Of a stretch of 58,879 nucleotides of DNA, positions 1 to 9,391 are shown one piece after another. Made by a program: the position numbers and the translations under genes. Numbering within the stretch: position 1 is the stretch's first letter; every line of letters starts with the position of its first letter. The stretch covers positions 1-58,879 of the forward strand of contig CBDIWQ010000093.1 of NCBI GenBank assembly GCA_965285965.1. Reading direction: 5' to 3'. This DNA is from an uncultured bacterium. GTDB taxonomy: Bacteria; Nitrospirota; Nitrospiria; Nitrospirales; Nitrospiraceae. The notes under the pieces were generated by a model. The model did not search any database, was not told the origin of the DNA, and was given only the letters and a program-made list of their open reading frames with translations.

Positions 1-531
1 CGTCACCGTCGAGGCCGCGGCCTGTTTGGCAAGTTTGAGTTCCGCGAGCAGTTTAGAGTTGGTTCCCACGATCGGCCCATAGCGGGCGTCTAATTCCTGC
101 TGAAGAATCTCAACGCGACGGTAGAGCGCAAGTTGGTGGAGCGCCTTATCAATGACGACGCTGATGTGATCACCGGTGAACGGTTTCGTGACGAAGTCGG
201 CGGCGCCCAGTTGCATGGCTTTCACGGCCAGGTCAATAGTGCCGTAGGCCGTGAGCATCACCACGGGGGGTAGCATGCACCCGTGGGCCCAGCGGGAGGG
301 CGCTTCGTTTTTGTGCGTGAGAGCATAAAGCTGCTGCAGCAGATCCAGTCCGGAGAGGGCGGGCAATTGGATGTCGAGCAGGACGAGATCCGGTTGCTCC
401 TGCTGAATCAGGCGCAACCCGTCTTTCCCGTTGTCCGCCGTCAGCGGTTCATGTCCCATCCAGGTGACACGATTCTCGAGGGCCAGCACGATATCAGGGT
501 CGTCATCGACAATGAGGATTTTGGCTTGCAT
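1..531 (-). CDS. Sigma54-dependent (NtrC-type) response regulator, N-terminal part; runs off window
   Basis: Manual translation from ATG 531: MQAKILIVDDDPDIV...PDLVLLDIQLPALSGLDLL...VVMLTAYGTIDLAVKAMQLGAADFVTKPF...YGPIVG... This is a receiver domain followed by the linker typical of NtrC-family activators; the AAA+ domain lies outside the window. Not in the ORF track. Confidence 0.88.
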   Translation of the reverse strand, partial: MQAKILIVDDDPDIVLALENRVTWMGHEPLTADNGKDGLRLIQQEQPDLVLLDIQLPALSGLDLLQQLYALTHKNEAPSRWAHGCMLPPVVMLTAYGTIDLAVKAMQLGAADFVTKPFTGDHISVVIDKALHQLALYRRVEILQQELDARYGPIVGTNSKLLAELKLAKQAAASTVT

Positions 532-589
532 GGAGCCCTCCCGGTCGATGGATCATTGCAACTATACTCTTTCCAACCGCAACAGAGAA

Positions 590-2920
590 TCAGGGTGTGC
601 GGCAGGGACTGTCATGGGCAGCCGCGTCCATTGGAGCACAGGGCAGGGTTACCAGCACCCGTGTGCCCATCGCTTGAGTGCTTTCCAGCCGGATCCGTCC
701 GCCATGCATCGTTACCAGCGTCTTGGTGATGAAGAGGCCGAGTTGGGCACCCTGTGCTGTCGGCATCGCAGACGGCACTTTCGAGAATTCGTCAAACACC
801 TTGTCGAGGTGCTCCGGAGGAATGCCGCATCCCGTATCGGCCACGCACAGCTGTATGAATCCCTCCGATGCAGGCTCGATGTGCACGCTGACATGTCCGC
901 CGGCGGGTGTGAACTTGACGGCATTGCCGATGAGGTTCCATAGCACCTGCTCGAGTTTATCGCGGTCCCCTTGTATGGCCGGCACGTCGTGGGGCAGATG
1001 CAACTCAATCTGCACCTGCTTCTGGTCGGCGACTGTCCGCAGGCTTTCCACCACAAGACCCGTGAGCTGACGGAGACAGACCGGTTCCAGCTGCAGGATT
1101 TCCTCTTTGTGCAGATCGAGCCGCGACCAATCCAGTAGCTGATTGATGATGCGCGTCAGGCGGTTCAGATTATGGCCGATCCGGGTAAGGTATGTGTGTT
1201 GCCGTTCGGTCAGAGCGCCGGCAACGCCGTCCAACATATTGTCGGCAAAGCTGCGAATGGCCGTCATCGGCGTGCGCAATTCATGCGAAGCGACTGAAAT
1301 GAACATGGAGCGCCGGCGGTCGTGCTCCTGCAACCGTTCATTCGCCAAGGACAGCTCGTGCGTCCGATCGCGGATGCGCTGTTCGAGATGTTGGGTGAGT
1401 TCCGTGAGACTGCTGTAGGCGCGGGCATTGTCAATCGCTGAGGCGACATGACTGGCGATGGTGACCAGAATAGACAGATCGTCCACCGTGCATGTTGAGG
1501 CTTCACGATCGCCTGCCAGGAATCCCAATGTTCCGGTGCGGGTTTGGAGCGGGACTGCGACGAACGAGGTGACGTGCACCTGTCTCGCCAGCGCCAACAC
1601 GTGCGGATGCATGTGGGCCGCGAAGGCCTCCAGATCATGCACATGCACGGGCTTGCCATGGAGGAGCAGGTCGGCTGTCAGGCTATTACCCTCTTCAATC
1701 GGAATCTCGATCGCCCGCGCCGCCTCGGCGATGTCCGGAGGCACGCCGGCGATTTGCGCGACGTACGCCATCGGCTGGTTATCCCGCCGGAGCATGAGCA
1801 GCATTCGGGCGAATCCCAGATTCGCCATGAGGAGTTGGAGGACCGTATCGAGCAGCTGATGCAGATCCAACGTACTGGTGATCGCCGCACTCGTTTGATG
1901 CACCGCCGAGAGTTGGCTGATCTGCCGTTGGATCACCGTCAGATTCGCGTGGATGGCCCGGTTTCGTTCGTGCAGGGTGTGTGTCATCGTATTAAACAGA
2001 CCGGCCAATTGGCCCACTTCGTCGTTCGTCGTGGGGACCAGCGGCTGGGGGGTCTCTCCCTCCGCGAGCTGACGTGCCACGGAGGCGAGGCTGCGCAGCG
2101 GAGTCGTGACACGCTGGGTGAGGATTTGCGCTCCGATAATCCCAGCGCCGATGATGAACGCCGTAAGGATGAGGGCGTTGCGGATCACGGAGAGCAGCGC
2201 TTGTTTGGCCTGCGCATCGCTCAGACCGATCTGCAGAACGCCTTGCACTGTCGCGGGGACAGGTTCGGCACCGGACGAGGCACTGCCTTCTTGAAGTTCC
2301 AAGGGCAAGGCCGACAGCGACGGATCCGTCGCGGCGCGTCTGAGGATCGGCATGGCGATGTCGTAGAGTTGCGCCGTCACAGAAGGAACAGAAGGGAAGG
2401 TAGGGGAGGAGTCGATGTCGGTCACCAAAATCTTATCGGGGGACAGCCGCACCGGCGTGATGAGCGGCACGGTGACCGGGGCTTCATACAAGCGGAGTGC
2501 GATTTGCTCGTCGGGGTAGTAGCGCCGTTCCTGTGTGAAGGTGAGATTGCCGGGAGATTCCCGCACGAGCTTGTTCTGCTGAGCCAGGATCATGCCGTCG
2601 GCGCCACGGATCACCACATAGACGACATCGTCGAGCGCGATGAGACTCTCCGTGAACTGCTGCAACGTCATCCGGTCCTCGGCGATCAATGCGCCGTACC
2701 GGAATTGGCCGTTATTTACGATGCTCGTGATGAGAATGCGGCCCAGCTGGTGCAGACTATCCGTCATGAAGACCCGCCGGCTGTCCAGGAAGTACCAGCT
2801 CAAGGTGGAGCAGGTCACGATCAAAATGAGCGCAAAAAACACGACAAACTTCGTGCGCAGGCTCACAAACCGCAGCGTTGTCATGAGCGACGGGGAAATG
2901 GGTGTGTGGGCCGATCTCAT
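590..2920 (-). CDS. Membrane sensor histidine kinase (TM-periplasmic-TM-HAMP-GAF-HisKA-HATPase)
   Basis: Two TM segments, HAMP (DEVGQLAGLFNTM), GAF, H-box SHELRTPMTAI, N-box NLIGNAVKF, G1 DTGCGI. Confidence 0.95.
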   Translation of the reverse strand: MRSAHTPISPSLMTTLRFVSLRTKFVVFFALILIVTCSTLSWYFLDSRRVFMTDSLHQLGRILITSIVNNGQFRYGALIAEDRMTLQQFTESLIALDDVVYVVIRGADGMILAQQNKLVRESPGNLTFTQERRYYPDEQIALRLYEAPVTVPLITPVRLSPDKILVTDIDSSPTFPSVPSVTAQLYDIAMPILRRAATDPSLSALPLELQEGSASSGAEPVPATVQGVLQIGLSDAQAKQALLSVIRNALILTAFIIGAGIIGAQILTQRVTTPLRSLASVARQLAEGETPQPLVPTTNDEVGQLAGLFNTMTHTLHERNRAIHANLTVIQRQISQLSAVHQTSAAITSTLDLHQLLDTVLQLLMANLGFARMLLMLRRDNQPMAYVAQIAGVPPDIAEAARAIEIPIEEGNSLTADLLLHGKPVHVHDLEAFAAHMHPHVLALARQVHVTSFVAVPLQTRTGTLGFLAGDREASTCTVDDLSILVTIASHVASAIDNARAYSSLTELTQHLEQRIRDRTHELSLANERLQEHDRRRSMFISVASHELRTPMTAIRSFADNMLDGVAGALTERQHTYLTRIGHNLNRLTRIINQLLDWSRLDLHKEEILQLEPVCLRQLTGLVVESLRTVADQKQVQIELHLPHDVPAIQGDRDKLEQVLWNLIGNAVKFTPAGGHVSVHIEPASEGFIQLCVADTGCGIPPEHLDKVFDEFSKVPSAMPTAQGAQLGLFITKTLVTMHGGRIRLESTQAMGTRVLVTLPCAPMDAAAHDSPCRTP

Positions 2921-2932
2921 CAGAAGCCTCGC

Positions 2933-3889
2933 TCAATAGGTCTCATCGATCAACCTGTTGAGTTCCGGTGGCACCGCGACCCCTAGGAACCGCGCGGTTT
3001 TGAGATTGATGCTGATTTTAAGCCGCTCGATCGGCACCGGACGGAGCGGATTGATCCGCTCGCCGTTCAAGATGCGTTTCGCCAGGGCCCCGGTTTCACG
3101 TCCCACCTCGCCATAGCTCACTGAAATACCCAGCAGCCCTCCGAGGCGAATGAATTCCGGAGAAAAGCCAATGACGGGCACGTGCTGGGCGAGGGCCGAT
3201 TGGATCAGAAAGTTGATGGACTCGTTCGTCAATACAGTGGAGTCGGTCAAGAGCCAGAGCGCCTCAGATTCCGTAAGGAGTTGGCGGAGCTGCGAGGGAA
3301 CCTCTTTCTCACTGTCCACGGGGAATCCCTGAAGCGTCACGCCCATGGCGGCGGCCTGCTGGGCCGCCTCTTTCACCTTGGATGCGCTCTTGTTCGGATC
3401 ATAGAGGACGCCGACGCGATGAATGGAGGGCAGGAAGGTGCGGATGAGTTTGAGCTGACGATCGGTCGTCACCTCCAGCATCGTACCAGTCATATTGGGC
3501 GCTATCAGCTGATGTTTCAAGGGGTCCAGTATCATCATATAGACGACCGGGGTATCGACGATCTCCAGCTTGGCTGCCAGCGCGGCTTTAAGTCCCACGG
3601 CCAGCACCAGTGCGGCATCCGATGCGCGGATCTTGCGGGCGAGCTTTTTCCCCAGCTCCAAATCGCCGTGCAGGTCGTATTGGGTGTAGAGAGCGCCACT
3701 TGGACCGGTGGCTTTAAAGCCCGCCATGGCTTCTTGATACGCGGCGATGTCGGACGAATTCAGGATGGCGATTTCAACGGGAGCAGCGGCATAGACCGAT
3801 GGGCCATGAATGTCGGCCAAAACAGCCAACAAGAGGCACGCGACCCACAAAGTCGCCTTTATCGAATTCTGCTGCCCCATATGGTTCAT
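2933..3889 (-). CDS. Periplasmic ABC-type substrate-binding protein (ABC_sub_bind family), no cognate permease nearby
   Basis: Signal peptide, RVGVLYDP, C-terminal INLKTARFLGVAVP motif typical of this family. Confidence 0.88.
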   Translation of the reverse strand: MNHMGQQNSIKATLWVACLLLAVLADIHGPSVYAAAPVEIAILNSSDIAAYQEAMAGFKATGPSGALYTQYDLHGDLELGKKLARKIRASDAALVLAVGLKAALAAKLEIVDTPVVYMMILDPLKHQLIAPNMTGTMLEVTTDRQLKLIRTFLPSIHRVGVLYDPNKSASKVKEAAQQAAAMGVTLQGFPVDSEKEVPSQLRQLLTESEALWLLTDSTVLTNESINFLIQSALAQHVPVIGFSPEFIRLGGLLGISVSYGEVGRETGALAKRILNGERINPLRPVPIERLKISINLKTARFLGVAVPPELNRLIDETY

Positions 3890-3979
3890 AGGAAAAGGTC
3901 GCCCGAGCCCTCCCGATTCTCATTCCGCGCGAAATTGTAGCAACCGCAAATTCAAGCCTGTTATAGGACTATCGACCTA

Positions 3980-4856
3980 CTAAAACCTCACCGTCAGCCA
4001 CCCCACGACGCGGCTGCCGATTATGTCACCGAGGGGATGCTCCTGGTGTTTATCGTTCAACGCATTAAATACCGACACGGCCACTTCCGCGTCGCGGAAG
4101 TAGCCCGCCGAAGCCTTCTGTTTCCAGAATTTGTAGCCGGCGCGAAGATTCAAGAGGTTGTAGTTGCCGACCCGAGGCGCTGGAGGTACGACGCCGAAGG
4201 GTATGAAGGCGGTAACCGAAGTTGCCTCGAGTTCCGGCGTGAATTGCGGAGCTGGAAATGGTTCCGAGTTCCCCGCCTCCGAATTGCACTGTGGTTCCTC
4301 TCATCTCTTCCGGAGATTTGGTAATTATATTGATGATTCCGTCGAAGGCATTAAAACCGTACACCGCCGATACAGGCCCTTTCAGAACTTCAATGCGTTT
4401 TATCTCCGGAAGAGTAACAGGCAATAGCTTCCAATGAAGTAGGCCGGAATTGTCTACATAAATAGAACGTCCATCTATCATGACGAGCAGTTTATTGGCC
4501 TGGAGTTGATTGTCGCCTCGGACGCTGACATTGAAGTCGGCGCCGGTTGTTTGCATGACTTCCAGCCCTGGTATTCGGCGCAGCACCGTGGGGATATCGG
4601 TCGCGCCTGAATGGCGGATATCTTCATCAGCAATCACATACACATTCGAGGGCGCCTGTGAGATGGGCTGTTCGTATCGTGACGCGATGCTCACCGTTTC
4701 TTCTTCTTTCATCAATTCCAATTCCTCCGCGAGGACCGGCTCGGCCGGTGCGAGTGGAACGGATGAGGACTCATCCGCATGGCCGATTCCGGTCATACCA
4801 ACGGTCAAAATCGTTGCCAGCATCGGATGCCCCAGCTGACGTAAGCCGCCTCCCAT
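3980..4856 (-). pseudogene. Internally deleted TonB-dependent receptor (plug joined out of frame to the last barrel strands)
   Basis: Plug closely matches the neighbouring receptor up to GNFGYRL. From ~4213 another frame reads TAFIPFGVVPPAPRVGNYNLLNLRAGYKFWKQKASAGYFRDAEVAVSVFNALNDKHQEHPLGDIIGSRVVGWLTVRF* (stop 3980). Most of the barrel is missing. Confidence 0.85.
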
Positions 4857-4865
4857 GCCGCCTCG

Positions 4866-6947
4866 CTAAAATCGCACGGTCAGCCAGCCCATCACACGAC
4901 TGCCGATTGTGTCGCCCAGCGGATGTTCGTTGTGCGTATCGTTCAACGCATTGAACACGGACACGGCCACTTCCGCATCGCGGAGGTAGCCGGCCGAAGC
5001 CTTCTGTTTCCAGAATTTGTAGCCGGCTCTGAGATTCACCAGCGTGTAACTTTGGACGTGGGTATTCGGTATGGTGGCTCCGAACGGAGCGAGAGCTTGA
5101 TACGTCTCGACGACCGGGTACGTGGCTGCGCCCACATAGTGAACGGCTGCTTCGCCGCTTAATCCGTTGTCCCATTCTCCCCGCAGGCCCGCATTGAGCT
5201 TCCAATTGGGACCGCCTCGCCGGACAGCCCCTTCAAACGTCTGGCCGATGTGCTGATATGAGGCGTTCGCAAATCCGCTGAGCCATTGAGTGGCCAGGAA
5301 CTCGACGCCTGCCTCGCCTCCATAAATATCCGCGTTGCCTCCGTTCATGAAGGTGCGGGTGGTGCCGATCGTCGTAAACCCGATGAGGTCGGAGATATGA
5401 TTGTAGAAGAGATCGGCTCGCACTCTCAGCCGGTGTTTCAGCCACCAGCCCTGATAGCCCAGGTCATAGGAAATGATTTGTTCCGGTTTGAGCGTTTGGG
5501 ATCCCACCAGTGGAAACGGAGGCGGAGAGGGAAAGGGCGGCGGAAGGGTGGTCACAAAGCGCGCAATGCTGTCGCGCTCGAACAGCGTCGGAGGCCGATA
5601 GGCCACGGAGACGGTGGCCCGCAGGGTGTGCTCAGGGGTGAGCGTGTGCAGCAGGGTCAATCGCGGACTGACCGTGGGATTGATGAAGGAATCCAGGTCC
5701 AGGCGGACACCGGCGGTGATGCTGGTCTTGTCATGAACTTTCCACTCATCTTGCAGGTACAAGCCTAGGCGATGTTCCTCGCTGTCCTGCAGCACGCCGC
5801 TGCCCGAGACTGTGTTGAGCCGATAGTTCGCCCCGTATGTCATGCGATTGGCCGACCAAAGGTCGAGCGTGTGCTGAGCCTCGACGTTGTACGTGTTCGC
5901 CAAGAAGCCCAGACGCGGCTCCCCGAACTGATTGAACTCCTGCAGCCGGTTATTGAGAAAACGATGCATGATGAGATCGGCCAGCAGGTCGTTTTGTGAC
6001 CACCAGCCGCGGACGAAGAAATTCGGACGTTCATAGGCCACATCGGCAAAGCTCTGCGTCACCGGGGTGGATGGAGTTTGCAAGTTGAAGACAGGTCCGT
6101 CCAAACGGTTCGCATCAGCCACGCCACCTGCCACGCGGAGCCGGGAATCGCCGGTGAGCGCATAGTCCGACTGCACCTGAAACTTATTGGTTCGGAACGC
6201 CAGGGCGTCGCGATTGCGCCATTGTTCGTTCTGGTCATGGCCGACCGAAAGCCGATACCCGAACTTGCCCTGTCTGCCCGCATGGACGGCCGCACTTGAA
6301 ATTGTGCCCAATTCGCCGCCCCCGAACTGCAACGTCGTCCCCTTCATCTCTTCCGGCGATTTGGTGATGATATTGATGACGCCGTCAAAGGCGTTGAAGC
6401 CGTACACCACGGCGGCCGGGCCCTTTAACACTTCAATGCGTTTGATCTCCGGCAAGGTCACCGGTAGGTTTTTCCAGAACAGCCCGCCCTGCATGTCGAC
6501 GTAGATGGATCGGCCGTCCACCATGACGAGCAACTTGTTGGCATTGAGCTGATTATCGCCACGGACGCTGACGTTGAAATCGGCGCCGGTCGTTTGCATC
6601 ACTTCCAGCCCGGGAATCCGTCGCAGGAGAGTCGGGATATCGGTGGCCCCGGACTGCCGGATGTCATCGTCCGTTAAGACATAGACGTTGGAAGGGGCTT
6701 GGGAAATAGGTTGTTCATGCCGTGAGGCAATGCTCACGGTTTCTTCTTCTTTGATCAGGGCCAGTTCTTCCGCGACACTCTTGTCGGGAGCCGGGGAGGG
6801 AGGCCCTTCCGCCTCGGCGAACGAGGAAAGAGAGGCTGTCAGTACGGTTGCCAGCAAAGACGGTCCAAAGCGCGCGACTTCCTCACTCATGTGCGGGTCC
6901 CCAAGCGCCGTTAAAGGCGTTGCCCGTGCCCTCTCAAAGCAAGACAT
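4866..6947 (-). CDS. TonB-dependent receptor (start may be ATG 6890)
   Basis: Plug motifs LLVMVDGRSIY and IKRIEVLKGPAAVVYGFNAFDGVINIITK; C-terminal GWLTVRF outer-membrane signature. Confidence 0.95.
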   Translation of the reverse strand: MSCFERARATPLTALGDPHMSEEVARFGPSLLATVLTASLSSFAEAEGPPSPAPDKSVAEELALIKEEETVSIASRHEQPISQAPSNVYVLTDDDIRQSGATDIPTLLRRIPGLEVMQTTGADFNVSVRGDNQLNANKLLVMVDGRSIYVDMQGGLFWKNLPVTLPEIKRIEVLKGPAAVVYGFNAFDGVINIITKSPEEMKGTTLQFGGGELGTISSAAVHAGRQGKFGYRLSVGHDQNEQWRNRDALAFRTNKFQVQSDYALTGDSRLRVAGGVADANRLDGPVFNLQTPSTPVTQSFADVAYERPNFFVRGWWSQNDLLADLIMHRFLNNRLQEFNQFGEPRLGFLANTYNVEAQHTLDLWSANRMTYGANYRLNTVSGSGVLQDSEEHRLGLYLQDEWKVHDKTSITAGVRLDLDSFINPTVSPRLTLLHTLTPEHTLRATVSVAYRPPTLFERDSIARFVTTLPPPFPSPPPFPLVGSQTLKPEQIISYDLGYQGWWLKHRLRVRADLFYNHISDLIGFTTIGTTRTFMNGGNADIYGGEAGVEFLATQWLSGFANASYQHIGQTFEGAVRRGGPNWKLNAGLRGEWDNGLSGEAAVHYVGAATYPVVETYQALAPFGATIPNTHVQSYTLVNLRAGYKFWKQKASAGYLRDAEVAVSVFNALNDTHNEHPLGDTIGSRVMGWLTVRF

Positions 6948-7031
6948 GTGCTAAAGAACAGGCGACAGGTCGCACTCCACGTTGCCTAGGACTTCAGAAA
7001 GCCACGTGGTTCGTAAGGGATGATCGTTAGG

Positions 7032-7352
7032 TCAAGACATGAGCGAGCGGGTAGAAAGCGAGGGTGGACGGGACCGGCGAGGGCGCCCCGGTTTGAGTGC
7101 TGACAGGCGTTGCGGGAAGACGCCGCCATTGGCGTGCTCCATCTCGCAAACCGCATCGTTGATCGCTTCCGCAATGATTTGAGCCAGCGGCCGCTGTTCG
7201 GTCCAATACACCGCATTGCGCAGGCGTTCGATTAACGGAAGGGGCAGGAACACGGTCAGGCGTTGACGGGAGGGACGGGTCGGGACCGGCTTGGATGCTG
7301 TGCCGTTCATGGCTCCTGTCGCTGTCCGAGCGTTCAGTGAATGATCACTCAT
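7032..7352 (-). CDS. Small putative ribbon-helix-helix DNA-binding protein (106 aa)
   Basis: AAGGAGG RBS before ATG 7352. RLTVFLPLPLIERLRNAVYW...LAQIIAEAI fits a beta-alpha-alpha pattern; basic KPGRPRR tail. Confidence 0.65.
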   Translation of the reverse strand: MSDHSLNARTATGAMNGTASKPVPTRPSRQRLTVFLPLPLIERLRNAVYWTEQRPLAQIIAEAINDAVCEMEHANGGVFPQRLSALKPGRPRRSRPPSLSTRSLMS

Positions 7353-7528
7353 GCGGCTACCCTCCTTGAAGAGCCTTCTGCCGCGTCCGACTCCTGTTGG
7401 TTCTCTGGCACGCTCTCCTTCGCTTGCAGATTCGCTGAACGATCTTGTGTCAGGATGGCGCAGGTGAAAACCCACACCAGTCCGACCGATCCGAGCAACA
7501 ACACCCAGAATATGAGTTCTTGAGTCAT
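7349..7528 (-). CDS. Small single-TM protein (59 aa), absent from ORF track
   Basis: MTQELIFWVLLLGSVGLVWVFTCAILTQDRSANLQAKESVPENQQESDAAEGSSRRVAA*. AAAGGA RBS; ATGA overlap with the next gene. Confidence 0.65.
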   Translation of the reverse strand: MTQELIFWVLLLGSVGLVWVFTCAILTQDRSANLQAKESVPENQQESDAAEGSSRRVAA

Positions 7529-7574
7529 GATGGAGTTTCCTTTCTACCTCTGGTGCAGGACCACGCGATGATTC

Positions 7575-7590
7575 AGCAATGCTCATGCCA
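7575..7590 (-). promoter_or_regulatory. Sigma54 -24/-12 promoter
   Basis: TGGCAT-GAGCA-TTGCT, near consensus, ~47 nt upstream of ATG 7528. Confidence 0.7.
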
Positions 7591-7924
7591 TCACTGAATG
7601 GTGATTCCGGCATGGCACTTGTGCAATTTCTCAGAAGGAATGAAGCAGGAACAGACTACGCGGTTGGACCTTACCCCTGCGGCTGCATCGAATTGGATTC
7701 GCCAGTGAATCAAATAGGAATCAGTCAATAAGGAGTTCGAGGAGGGATGCGGCATGAACTGGCATTCAAACTATCACACCCGGCAACTCCCGATCTGTCG
7801 AACTGGAGTACTGTAAGAAACGACCCCCCAACTCAGTGCATGTGATCTATCCGGCATGATGAGGACACAGACAATAAGTTCCTGTGTCATGTGATTTGGT
7901 GCGCGCTGGTGCGCCAATGGGTGC

Positions 7925-9391
7925 CTAGCATTGCTGAACAGGCCCCCTACTCAATAGTAAATCTTCTTTGTAGCTTTGATGAAATGCCCTGCGAAGCGCA
8001 TTACTAACACTATCGTAGAGCTCAGGATTGCGAAAGATCGCGAAGATGGCTCCTGCAAGTAGCTGCGCATCATCGGCGCCATCCTTATTGAGGGATTGGC
8101 GTGCCTGCAATTTCTTTGCGACACGTTGCGCAGCCTCTTCATCTGGTTGGTCCCATGTCTCGATATCGATTAGACAATTGTTCTTCAGTGATGGCAGCCC
8201 CACTCTTGCTATATGGCTCCCCACTTTCCGTGCTGATGCCCGGAGAACATCCAGGGGCAATTCTTTCGGCAACTGCTCATCATAACCGGGGAGCACCACT
8301 CCTTCTGAAACTTGTACCGCGGTAGCACGTATACAGAACTCTGCCAGTTCCTCCAGCTGAGTAATGTATCGCACTTTGGCTTTAGGTGTGAGCCCATCCA
8401 ACTGTTCTGTGGCCCCTATGAGTAGATCGGGGATCACAACAGCAACAGGATGTCGTTCTGCCTGAGTTCTGTAGTAGTCCGTGGTAAGTACGTGGTCGAG
8501 CTCCGGCCGCTTGTACATCTTCTTTTTAGCCAGAGGCGCAATCACCGTATGATAAATTACTGCTCCTATGCCGTACGCCGGTCCGATGTTTAGAAGCCCA
8601 CAGACATCGGATGCGGCTTCTTCGCACCAATGGCTCCAAAGCGGTCCCAAGTACTTCGGCCATTTGCCATCGAATAAGTTTCGAACCTCCGTCTGCAATT
8701 CACAAACTAAGTTATCGTCAGCGTGTAAGACGTCATGGCCACCGATCTCATGCGCGAGGACCCCCCACAAAATAGGATGATTCCTGTAACCGGACGGCAG
8801 GCTCACTGCGCCAATGCCGAACTGTTTGCATAACCCTTTCATTAGATCCGCCAATTGATCCGGCGCCAACATATAGGGTTGTGGGTACTCGGGGAAAACG
8901 GGGTGCGGCGCGACAAATGCTCCAAGCGGAGGAAGCCTTTTGTGAGCGGGTGAACCGACCATCTTCATTCGAGGTTCAGAGTAGAGATACGACGTAAAGA
9001 TGTCCGAGATAACCGCTCGTAGGCGGCATATATCAACAGCCACGCGGCTCGTAGGACCGAGTTGAATTGCCGCATTCACCAGAGTCGTCAGAAAAAAGTA
9101 AAGGGCAGCTGCTTGGGGGTGTCCCAATATCACCAATCTCTTAGTGAGTGCTTCAAGATTGCTGAGCAGTGGGTCGAAATAGGTGTCGTGGTACGCAGGT
9201 AGCGTTTTGGATCCGGCGAGGATTTTCCGTCTAAGCTTCGGCAGATTCGGCCTTCCCAACGGAGGTACTTTCACGCGCCCAGCCTCGAAAAAATCGTTCC
9301 TGCTTTGCAGTTTATGGTAGAGCACGAGAAATCTGTCACGCAGGAGCGCATGTTTAGTATCCCTGTTATCTTTTGTGGTGGCGCGGGTCAT
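7925..9391 (-). CDS. Uncharacterised protein with HExxGH and EExxxD motifs; putative zinc metallopeptidase of the RiPP cluster
   Basis: LAHEIGGHDVLH and WCEEAASDVCG; start overlaps the end of the dehydrogenase gene. Confidence 0.6.
   Translation of the reverse strand: MTRATTKDNRDTKHALLRDRFLVLYHKLQSRNDFFEAGRVKVPPLGRPNLPKLRRKILAGSKTLPAYHDTYFDPLLSNLEALTKRLVILGHPQAAALYFFLTTLVNAAIQLGPTSRVAVDICRLRAVISDIFTSYLYSEPRMKMVGSPAHKRLPPLGAFVAPHPVFPEYPQPYMLAPDQLADLMKGLCKQFGIGAVSLPSGYRNHPILWGVLAHEIGGHDVLHADDNLVCELQTEVRNLFDGKWPKYLGPLWSHWCEEAASDVCGLLNIGPAYGIGAVIYHTVIAPLAKKKMYKRPELDHVLTTDYYRTQAERHPVAVVIPDLLIGATEQLDGLTPKAKVRYITQLEELAEFCIRATAVQVSEGVVLPGYDEQLPKELPLDVLRASARKVGSHIARVGLPSLKNNCLIDIETWDQPDEEAAQRVAKKLQARQSLNKDGADDAQLLAGAIFAIFRNPELYDSVSNALRRAFHQSYKEDLLLSRGPVQQC

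Noticed and set aside
735-760. Kinase G2 box reads GAQLGL instead of GTGLGL
   Set aside because: The other catalytic boxes are intact; likely a tolerated variant rather than a pseudokinase.
1544-2986. Long antisense ORFs (also 24130-25185, 29431-30852, 39649-41646 and others)
   Set aside because: Shadow frames opposite well-supported genes in GC-rich DNA, with no motifs.
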